From: Candidatus Subteraquimicrobium carltonvillense
GTDB lineage: Bacteria > Actinomycetota > Aquicultoria > Subteraquimicrobiales > Subteraquimicrobiaceae
DNA: 41,962 nucleotides
Direction: 5' to 3'
NCBI GenBank assembly: GCA_002339355.1
Contig: DDKQ01000086.1
Span: 1 to 41,962, forward strand
Shown: positions 34,738-41,962 of the stretch, one piece after another
How positions within the stretch are numbered: the stretch's first letter is position 1
How the letters are laid out: each line of letters begins with the position of its first letter
The notes under the pieces: model-generated
Database searches by the model: none
Told to the model about the DNA's origin: nothing
The model's input: only the letters and a program-made list of their open reading frames with translations
Program-made: the position numbers and the translations under genes

Positions 34738-35262
34738 ATGAAACCAAAATTTTTAACAATAGCGCAAATCATGCATCCACGAGGCACAGAGGGCGAGGTT
34801 AAAATAAAATCCCTCACCGATTTCCCATCGAGATTTAAACGGGGCTTAAGCGTTCATATAACCCCGCCACTCCTCTACGAAGAGCAGTTGACGATAGAAA
34901 ATGTAAAATTTGAAGGTCGGGGTATAACCATAAAATTCAAGGGAATCGATAACCGTGGCAAAGCAGAGCAATTGAAGGATTGCTTTCTCCGAGTTCCATT
35001 GGAGGAGGCAGAATCCCTCCTTCCCAAGGGTGCTTATTGGTTTCACCAGATAATTGGTCTTGAGGTACTGACCGAAGAGGGTGAATCTCTGGGAACCATT
35101 ACGGAAATCTTAAGAACCGAGGCAAATGATGTATATGTCGTAAGTCCCACCGGCAAAGGCGCCAAAGAGATCTTGATACCAGCGATTAAAGATGTGGTGA
35201 AGAAAATCGATCTAAACCGGGGAAAAATGATAATCAAACCCCTGCCTGGACTTCTCGAATAA
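34738..35262 (+). CDS. rimM: 16S rRNA processing protein RimM
   Basis: Start at MKPKFLTIAQIMHPRGTEGEVKIKSLTDFP (canonical RimM N-terminus). PRC-barrel C-terminus. Confidence 0.88.
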   Translation: MKPKFLTIAQIMHPRGTEGEVKIKSLTDFPSRFKRGLSVHITPPLLYEEQLTIENVKFEGRGITIKFKGIDNRGKAEQLKDCFLRVPLEEAESLLPKGAYWFHQIIGLEVLTEEGESLGTITEILRTEANDVYVVSPTGKGAKEILIPAIKDVVKKIDLNRGKMIIKPLPGLLE

Positions 35263-35286
35263 AATAGTGGGGACTGGTGAGATGAC

Positions 35287-36039
35287 ATGAGAATTGATGT
35301 TCTAACGATATTTCCCGAGATGTTTGAGTCGTTCCTGAAATGTGGTATGGTGCGCATCGCCCGAGAGAAAAACTTAATTCAAATAGTCATCCATGATTTA
35401 CGAGATTATACCCATGATAAACACCGGCAGGTTGACGACACCCCCTATGGCGGTGGACCAGGGATGATCATGAAGCCCGAACCCTTCTTTGAAGCTGTTC
35501 TATCCATCGCGCAATGCACTTTAGAAGACCTGCCGAAAATCGCTCGAGTCATCCTTTTTACCCCTCAAGGCAAAATTTTCAATCAGCATCTCGCCGGTGA
35601 ACTAGCAGGAGAGAAACAGCTCATATTGCTGTGTGGAAGATATGAGGGGATCGACGAACGGGTGCATGAGCATCTGGCAACCGATGAAATCTCAATTGGA
35701 GATTACGTGCTCGGTGGGGGAGAGCTTCCAGCAATGGTCTTGATAGATGCAGTAACTCGCCTTATACCCGGGGTTTTGGGGGATGAATGCTCTCTTGCTG
35801 AGGAAACCTTCTCCCGTGGTTTGCTCGAATATCCTCAATATACCAGACCAAGGGATTACAAGGGCTGGTCCGTGCCAGAGGTCCTTTTAAGCGGAAACCA
35901 TATGGAGATTGCAAAATGGCGGAGGAAAAAATCCTTGGAACGCACCCTGCGAAGACGCCCGGATTTGCTAAAAAATGCGATCTTGAGTGAGGAAGATAAG
36001 AAATTACTCGAGGAAATCAAGGCGCAACTTGAAATATAG
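35287..36039 (+). CDS. trmD: tRNA (guanine37-N1)-methyltransferase
   Basis: [45 protein letters not shown]. Confidence 0.95.
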   Translation: MRIDVLTIFPEMFESFLKCGMVRIAREKNLIQIVIHDLRDYTHDKHRQVDDTPYGGGPGMIMKPEPFFEAVLSIAQCTLEDLPKIARVILFTPQGKIFNQHLAGELAGEKQLILLCGRYEGIDERVHEHLATDEISIGDYVLGGGELPAMVLIDAVTRLIPGVLGDECSLAEETFSRGLLEYPQYTRPRDYKGWSVPEVLLSGNHMEIAKWRRKKSLERTLRRRPDLLKNAILSEEDKKLLEEIKAQLEI

Positions 36040-36064
36040 GCGCTTTTTCCCGATTCGAAGATAT

Positions 36065-36073
36065 GCTATAATG
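36065..36073 (+). promoter_or_regulatory. possible extended -10 element upstream of rplS
   Basis: TGCTATAAT (TATAAT 36068-36073). No good -35. Confidence 0.35.
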
Positions 36074-36099
36074 ACGCTGTTTACTCGGAGGGAGAAATC

Positions 36100-36441
36100 A
36101 TGGATCTCATAGAAACCATCGAAAAAGAACAGATTCGGAAGGATTTACCGGAGTTTAGAGCCGGCGATACGGTCAAGGTCCATTATAGGGTTATAGAAGG
36201 TAGCCGAGAGCGCACGCAGGTATTCCAAGGAATAGTAATACAAAGGCGGGGCGGTGGACTTAAGGAGACCTTTACGGTGAGGAAAATCTCCTTTGGAATT
36301 GGTGTTGAAAAAACCTTTCCTCTACATTCTCCAATGATTGCCAAGATAGAGGTCGTCAGCCGAGGTAGAGTTCGTAGATCCAAGCTTTATTACCTTAGAA
36401 AGAGAGTTGGAAAGGCGACGCGCGTCAAGGAAAGAAGATAG
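36100..36441 (+). CDS. rplS: 50S ribosomal protein L19
   Basis: [24 protein letters not shown]. Confidence 0.94.
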   Translation: MDLIETIEKEQIRKDLPEFRAGDTVKVHYRVIEGSRERTQVFQGIVIQRRGGGLKETFTVRKISFGIGVEKTFPLHSPMIAKIEVVSRGRVRRSKLYYLRKRVGKATRVKERR

Positions 36442-36461
36442 CGGGTTTCGGTGAGAATAAA

Positions 36462-37064
36462 TTGTTCGTAAACTACGATGAAGGGGAAGAGGAAAAATCA
36501 AGGGTTGAAAGAGAAGCTTACGTAGGGGAGGAGACAGGGTCGAAGAGAGACTCATTTTTGGCATTTTTAAGGGAACTCCCCATTTTAATAATCACCGCCA
36601 TTATCGTAGCCTGGCTCATTAGAACATTCATTGTCCAGCCTTTTTATATACCCTCTGGTTCCATGGAACCCACACTTTATCCCGGGGATCGAGTATTGGT
36701 GAATAAATTTATCTATCGATTCAAGGAACCCAAACTCGGAGAAATCGTGGTCTTTGAACCCCCCCATGATATCCATAAGGATTTCATCAAGAGAATCATC
36801 GCCACTGAAGGTGAGATCATAGAAATCAGAAAGGGTCAGGTTTTCATCGATGGGAAAATCCTTGAGGAGCCTTATGCCGCATCAAGTGGGGATTACAGCA
36901 ATTATGGTCCCGTGAAAATGCCCAAGGATAATGTCTTTGTAATGGGAGATAATAGAGCAAATAGTATGGATAGCCGGATGTTCGGTCCCATGCATGAGAA
37001 ATACCTGGTGGGTGAGGCTTTTCTCATTTATTGGCCTCCACACCACATCAAATTACTTCCCTGA
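36462..37064 (+). CDS. lepB: signal peptidase I
   Basis: IPSGSMEPTL, GDRVLVNK, KRIIA..G, GDNR.NS.DSR. Confidence 0.9.
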   Translation: MFVNYDEGEEEKSRVEREAYVGEETGSKRDSFLAFLRELPILIITAIIVAWLIRTFIVQPFYIPSGSMEPTLYPGDRVLVNKFIYRFKEPKLGEIVVFEPPHDIHKDFIKRIIATEGEIIEIRKGQVFIDGKILEEPYAASSGDYSNYGPVKMPKDNVFVMGDNRANSMDSRMFGPMHEKYLVGEAFLIYWPPHHIKLLP

Positions 37065-37102
37065 TGTAAGGTGTAAAAATTTATGGGAATGATGCCGAAC
37101 AC

Positions 37103-37924
37103 ATGGACTTACCCCATCTGACCTTAAGAGAAATAAGAGAGCTTTTCCGTAGCGCCTCAGACGAAGCCAAAAGAGAGCTGCTTCCCTCATTGGAAAGGGA
37201 TAAGAGAGCTGGGGCATTGAAACTTGCCTCAACGAGTCGCAAGGAGCTTTCAAGGAAGGAGCAAGAAAAGGCGGATTTTCTAAAGCTTTGCACCTATGAA
37301 CATAGGTTATGGAGGAAAGGATTTTCACTCATTGCGGGAGTCGATGAAGCTGGTCGCGGAGCCCTGGCAGGTCCCTTGGTAGCAGCAGCTGTTATTCTAC
37401 CTCAGGGAATCTACCTTCCAGGATTAAGGGAATGCAAGCAGCTCTCTCTCCAACAAAGGGAGGAACTCCATCGAATCATTACAAGGTCGGCGGTAAATTG
37501 GAACGTGGCAACCCTAGATCCTGAGCAAATTGACACCATGGGACTCCAGAAAGCCAACCTTTTCCTTCTTTCCCATGCTGCTCTTGGACTTTCCGTCCGC
37601 CCTCATTATATTCTCTCCGACACCTTTTCCCTTATAAATTTAAAAGAGCCTCATCTTTCGCTAATATCGGGAGACAAGGTAAGCATATCCATCGCCGCTG
37701 CCTCAATTGTAGCCAAAGTGACCAGAGATCACCTAATGAGGGAATATCACAAAAAGTTTCCTCTTTATGGCTTCGATCATAATAAGGGCTATGGGACAAA
37801 GGAACATCTTCAAGCCTTAGAGAGGTTTGGTCCGTGTCCAATCCACCGCCATTGCTTTACGCCGGTAAAAGAAAAAGCAATGAAATTCGTGGATCAGTAC
37901 AATGCTTACAAAAAGAGGCAATAA
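37103..37924 (+). CDS. rnhB: ribonuclease HII
   Basis: [41 protein letters not shown]. Confidence 0.9.
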   Translation: MDLPHLTLREIRELFRSASDEAKRELLPSLERDKRAGALKLASTSRKELSRKEQEKADFLKLCTYEHRLWRKGFSLIAGVDEAGRGALAGPLVAAAVILPQGIYLPGLRECKQLSLQQREELHRIITRSAVNWNVATLDPEQIDTMGLQKANLFLLSHAALGLSVRPHYILSDTFSLINLKEPHLSLISGDKVSISIAAASIVAKVTRDHLMREYHKKFPLYGFDHNKGYGTKEHLQALERFGPCPIHRHCFTPVKEKAMKFVDQYNAYKKRQ

Positions 37925-37949
37925 TTGAAAACAAAGAAGGTTGGATGAA

Positions 37950-38669
37950 ATGAAGGCACTTGGTTATCTATTCTCACCACGATTTAATGCGCTTTGTAAG
38001 GAGGTCAAAAAGAAAAGCAAGCGCATTTTGACCTTTCAACCGATGAGCGAGCATCCAAATCCACATGTGCGGGATACCCTGGGAGCTCACATCGTCGATG
38101 ATGCGAACATCTGCATATTCCTAAATGTTGATAAATTGAAGGACATCAAAGAAGCAGAAATCACCGCCGCAGAAGACCTCATGTATTCATTAATGCTGGT
38201 GGAAAAGTTTCCCACAACTTTCCCCCGTCAATCTTCGGATTTATTGGCAGTAATCATCGCAGGTCTATTGACCAGTACAATTCATCACCTCACCGTTGTC
38301 TCCCGTCTTCAAGAAAGAGATTTTCCCATAGAAATCGTCGAGGAAAGGGAGAGGAAGGATCTATTGGAGATGCTTACAAACGATTCATTTCGAGAGCCCC
38401 AACCCGGAACTCCGATATTTTATGATTTGATTATCGGATACACAAAAGCATATTTCTTCCACGAATCTCACTGGTCCGAAATACAAGCTTGCTTTCAAAA
38501 GAGAGCTCCTATCATCTGCTCTCTTGGTGATAAAGGCATCGAGGTGGTTAAGAGATATGGATGCGATACACCCAAAAAATGCCTGAACACTCTCATTGAT
38601 TTAAGGGACCTGCTTGGACTACAGCAACGTGTCTTTATTCTAAATAATGAAACCGGCAGAACCTTTTGA
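37950..38669 (+). CDS. hypothetical protein (no family recognised)
   Basis: Clean 239-codon ORF from ATG 37950 (TTG 37941 is the alternative). Sits between rnhB and yraN. Confidence 0.5.
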   Translation: MKALGYLFSPRFNALCKEVKKKSKRILTFQPMSEHPNPHVRDTLGAHIVDDANICIFLNVDKLKDIKEAEITAAEDLMYSLMLVEKFPTTFPRQSSDLLAVIIAGLLTSTIHHLTVVSRLQERDFPIEIVEERERKDLLEMLTNDSFREPQPGTPIFYDLIIGYTKAYFFHESHWSEIQACFQKRAPIICSLGDKGIEVVKRYGCDTPKKCLNTLIDLRDLLGLQQRVFILNNETGRTF

Positions 38670-38700
38670 TGGTTAACTGTCAAATGTTGGTGGTTTCATC

Positions 38701-39051
38701 ATGTCGATAGGTCCAAGTGGTGAGGATCTAGCCTGTTCTCACCTCCGAAAGAAGGGTTATCGAATCATAGAAAGGAATTTTCGATGCAAGTTGGGCGAGA
38801 TAGACATCATCGCACTAAAGGGTGATGTCCTTATCTTCTGCGAGGTGAAGACGAGGCAAAATAAGGAATTTGGAGAACCCTTCGAAGCAGTGACCATCCA
38901 TAAGCAAAATCGTTTGAGGATGATAGCCCAGTTTTATTTATTAACTCACCCAAAAGCAAATAACGTCCCCAATCTGAGATTTGATGTCCTCTCAATTCTC
39001 TTGAATCAAGGAGGTGAACCAGAAATTCTCCATATGGAAAGTGCCTTTTAA
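38701..39051 (+). CDS. yraN: YraN family (UPF0102) endonuclease-like protein
   Basis: GE..A...L...GY.I.ERN.R...GEID.IA......F.EVKTR. Confidence 0.85.
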   Translation: MSIGPSGEDLACSHLRKKGYRIIERNFRCKLGEIDIIALKGDVLIFCEVKTRQNKEFGEPFEAVTIHKQNRLRMIAQFYLLTHPKANNVPNLRFDVLSILLNQGGEPEILHMESAF

Positions 39052-39129
39052 TCCACAATTTTCTGGAATTTTATACCAGCTGCTTAAGGGTGTTGACGAT
39101 TTAATCAAAAATATGTATCCAATAAGTAG

Positions 39130-40094
39130 GGCTTGCAAGATGTCTCTAAACAATTACTTAACGAGTGCAAGGAAATCGGCGTGAACTTCATAACCCTGGT
39201 GGGTGGTGAACCCTTCATCTATGGACCATCCTTGAGATCTTTGAAGATCATAAGGATATGGTCTTTCAGGTCTTCACTAACGGAACGATGATCAATGAGA
39301 AAATGGCTGAAAAACTTGCAGAATTAGGCAACGTTGCTCCAGCCATTAGTATTGAGGAATTCAAGGGGGAAACGGACGCCCGCCGTGGTCGAAGGACCTT
39401 CGATGCAATCATGCACGCCATGGATCACTTAAAAGAAGCTGGGGTCTTATTTTTCTTCTCCGTTTGCTCAACACGTCACAATTATAAAGTGGTCGTAAGC
39501 GATGAATTCGTTGATATGCTCATGAAAAAGGGAGCTGCTCTGGGTTGGTATTTCCACTACATGCCCATTGGTCGCGATTGCGATCTGAGTGTAATGCCCA
39601 CACCGGAGCAGAGAAACTATGTAAGAGCCAGGGTTAACCATTTAAGATCGCGAAAGCCCATTCTGCTCGTGGACTTCTGGGGCGATGGACCCTTGGTGGA
39701 GGGTTGTCTTGCCGGAGGGAAGCTCTATGTCCACATAAATAACAAGGGTGATGTGGAACCGTGTATCTTTTGCCACTTTGCCGTCGACAATATCAAGGAT
39801 AAAAGCTTAATGCAAGCCCTCAATTCCCATTTCTTCAAAGCAATTAGAAGAAGCCAGCCCTTTGGACATAACGATCTCAGACCTTGCCCCTTAATAGACC
39901 ACCCGGGTGCCATGGCCGGATTGGTCGAAAAATACAGTGCTTATCCAACTCATGAGGGAGCGGAGAGCTTATTCGGTGAATTCATTCCACACTTAAGAGA
40001 ATATGCACGGAATGTCACCCAAATATATAAAAAGGTTTGGGATGAAGAGTACAAGTGGGTCTATGACTGGAGACATCAAAAATCAAAGGAGTAA
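39130..40094 (+). pseudogene. radical SAM enzyme remnant (5'-truncated, frameshifted), C-terminal Cys-rich auxiliary domain retained
   Basis: Frame 1 from 39130 reads ...QLLNECKEIGVNFITLVGGEPFIYGP, the GGEP motif. The protein continues in another frame as ILEIFEDHKDMVFQVFTNGT... (ORF 39258..40094), so there is a 1-nt shift near 39226-39230. There is no room upstream for the CxxxCxxC segment, because yraN ends at 39051. Confidence 0.7.
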
Positions 40095-40117
40095 AAAAGA
40101 ATCCAGGAAGTTAAATT

Positions 40118-41203
40118 ATGAAAATAAGACTTTTAAATTTCCTCAGTTGCCCCTTTTGTGGTGGATTTTTCAGACTACACTCTTTCCTGGCGAGAAATGA
40201 TTTTGAAACATGTGTAACGAATATCAAATGTTGTGAAAGATTTTGCGGCCTGAAGAATCGCCTTGTAACAGATTTACATGAGAAGATCGATGAAATCTGT
40301 CCGTTTTGCCATCGCATCGAAGTTGTGGATGGACTCTTAAAATGCCGGTGTGGGAGCATTTTCCCCATAGTCGATGAAATACCTCGCTTACTTACCCAAG
40401 CTCTCGCCAACTGGAGACAATTTTTGACAAAATATCAAAGGGAAATATCATATTACGTGGATTTGAAACGAATAACCATCGAATCATACCAGGGTGAGAA
40501 GGGAAGAACAAAGAGAATCTTCAGCTTAGAATGGCAGATGCTTTCACCTCGGGATCCTGTTTGGGGAATGAGCATCGAATTGAGGAAAAATGCTTTCATA
40601 GAAGGAATGGACATTGATCCGGTCATGTTAAAGAACAAAATTCTCCTTGATGCAGGTTGTGGAAACGGTACTCTATCCATTGCTCTAAGTGATTTTGGTT
40701 TAGAAGTAGTGGGGCTGGACTTAAGTTTAGGTATTGAGCAAGCAAATCAATATAAGAAAGAGCATAAATCCTCAAAATCGGGTTATGTCCACCTCGTCCA
40801 AGGTGATATATTGAATCCTCCTTTGCAAAGGAAATCCTTCGACTTCATTTATTCTGCGGGTGTCCTCCATCACACCCCAGATACCGAACAAGCCTTTAGG
40901 GGGTTCATTCCACTATTGAAGTCCGGTGGCAGGATGTATATCTGGCTCTATAAGAATATCTTTATATTCACCGGGATTATAAATATACTGAGATGGTTCA
41001 CCACAAAGACTCCTCCCATAATACTCTATTATTTATGCTATTCATTGGCTCCCATCTATAAATTGATTTCCATCCTTCCAGAATATTCCCATAACCACGA
41101 CTCTGATGAGGTACGGACCTGGTTTCTTGAAACCGGTTTTAAGAATGTCACCTTAAGGAGTGTGGGACCACGCGGTTTTGGTATGTATGGAGATCGTATC
41201 TAA
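40118..41203 (+). CDS. class I SAM-dependent methyltransferase with N-terminal Trm112-like zinc ribbon split by a Cys-rich insert
   Basis: LLNFLSCPFCGG ... LLKCRCGSIFPIVDEIPRLL (Trm112-type ribbon). LDAGCGNG motif I, VLHH, GGRMYIW. Confidence 0.75.
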   Translation: MKIRLLNFLSCPFCGGFFRLHSFLARNDFETCVTNIKCCERFCGLKNRLVTDLHEKIDEICPFCHRIEVVDGLLKCRCGSIFPIVDEIPRLLTQALANWRQFLTKYQREISYYVDLKRITIESYQGEKGRTKRIFSLEWQMLSPRDPVWGMSIELRKNAFIEGMDIDPVMLKNKILLDAGCGNGTLSIALSDFGLEVVGLDLSLGIEQANQYKKEHKSSKSGYVHLVQGDILNPPLQRKSFDFIYSAGVLHHTPDTEQAFRGFIPLLKSGGRMYIWLYKNIFIFTGIINILRWFTTKTPPIILYYLCYSLAPIYKLISILPEYSHNHDSDEVRTWFLETGFKNVTLRSVGPRGFGMYGDRI

Positions 41204-41228
41204 AACATATTGAAGGGAGGGGGATTAA

Positions 41229-41465
41229 ATGGCTTCAGCATATATCTTCATCAAAGTTCAGGCGGGCAAAATAAGGGATGCAGTCCAGGAGATTTCCAAA
41301 ATTGAGGGGGTAAAGTCCGTACACGCTTGTTGGGGTCAACCGGGAGATCTCATCGCTTTTGTCGAAGCACCAGATCATAAAGCTTTAGCCGATTTGGTGC
41401 TCGCGAAAATACATGGTATCGATGGGGTCACGGAGACCAATACACGCATAGTCGTGGAAGTTTAA
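41229..41465 (+). CDS. stand-alone Lrp/AsnC ligand-binding (RAM) domain protein
   Basis: 78 aa. AYIFIKVQAGKIRDAVQEISKIEGVKSVHACWGQPGDLIAFVEAPD fits the AsnC_trans_reg fold pattern. Confidence 0.65.
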   Translation: MASAYIFIKVQAGKIRDAVQEISKIEGVKSVHACWGQPGDLIAFVEAPDHKALADLVLAKIHGIDGVTETNTRIVVEV

Positions 41466-41884
41466 CTTTCTCTTAAGCCTTTGCGTTTCGAGATTTTGTT
41501 TATTTGAATGACATCGATGTGCTCTGTGAAGATTTTTTCTTTTTTGCATGCTAAATCGAAGATTTTAATCAGACTCGAAGCGTGTGAGGGAAGAGACAAA
41601 ACGTAGACCGCCTCTTCAAGCTCTTTACAGCGAGCTCCCTTTTGATTCAGAAAAATGTGCACGAGAGACCGGTGTGGAAGGTTTTCAACGGTATAGGGAG
41701 AGCGCAATAAATCTCGTGCAATGATACAAAGAGTATCCGCAATTTGACCATTGATCTTCTCAAGAGATTCGTTTTCCTTAGTGGTGCGGAAAAAATTTGG
41801 GTAAACCTTTCCCAATTTCTCAAGGAATTTTAAGAAATCCATTCCCTCCTCAAAAAAGGCTTCTAACTCTCTTTTTACCACCAT
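41462..41884 (-). CDS. hypothetical protein
   Basis: ATG 41884 after GGAAGGGGGTGA. No family recognised. 4-nt tail-to-tail overlap with the preceding gene. Confidence 0.45.
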   Translation of the reverse strand: MVVKRELEAFFEEGMDFLKFLEKLGKVYPNFFRTTKENESLEKINGQIADTLCIIARDLLRSPYTVENLPHRSLVHIFLNQKGARCKELEEAVYVLSLPSHASSLIKIFDLACKKEKIFTEHIDVIQINKISKRKGLRES

Positions 41885-41962
41885 TTCACCCCCTTCCAAC
41901 AAACTACAAATTCTTTAACTTGCATTTGATTTACATCAACCTCATAGGATTATTATATTTAT

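Overview
Gene-dense, mostly core-genome window from a bacterium with Firmicutes/Thermoanaerobacter-like synteny; I cannot assign a taxon from sequence alone. Left to right: LCP-family protein (5' partial), DUF2007-like protein, Cas4/AddB-type PD-(D/E)XK nuclease, DUF362 lipoprotein, coiled-coil M23 peptidase, DUF1284, purM. Then a TPP-riboswitch-controlled thi4-thiE-thiC-thiL-thiD operon, rpmB, DUF1858, recG-rsmD-coaD, and yceD-rpmF-plsX-fabH-fabK-fabD-fabG-acpP-(FabK-like NMO)-fabF-rnc. Then a coiled-coil 3D-domain protein, smc-ftsY, an opposite-strand HTH plus lipoprotein insertion, and ffh-rpsP-KH-rimM-trmD-rplS-lepB-rnhB. The right end holds an orphan gene, yraN, and a small decaying accessory patch (radical SAM pseudogene, zinc-ribbon methyltransferase, small Lrp/AsnC-like protein, orphan). 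I see no multi-gene protein system that looks like a new defence or secretion module, and no CRISPR array, tRNA or rRNA. The best novelty candidates are non-coding. (1) A two-copy family of rod-like structured elements has near-identical self-pairing arms and unrelated GC-rich cores; one copy lies inside the fab operon and one in the ftsY/ffh insertion, with a possible degenerate third copy. (2) A second ~100-nt repeat family lies upstream of fabG and rnc, together with a short CTGGA..TCCAG palindrome that recurs upstream of four genes. (3) Relics of GxxExxY and four-helix-bundle selfish genes sit in intergenic gaps. On the protein side, the syntenic SMC appears to lack a recognisable hinge domain, and recG carries a perfect 22-bp GC-rich palindrome in frame. 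All structural and homology statements come from reading the sequence and from memory of family motifs; nothing was computed with tools.
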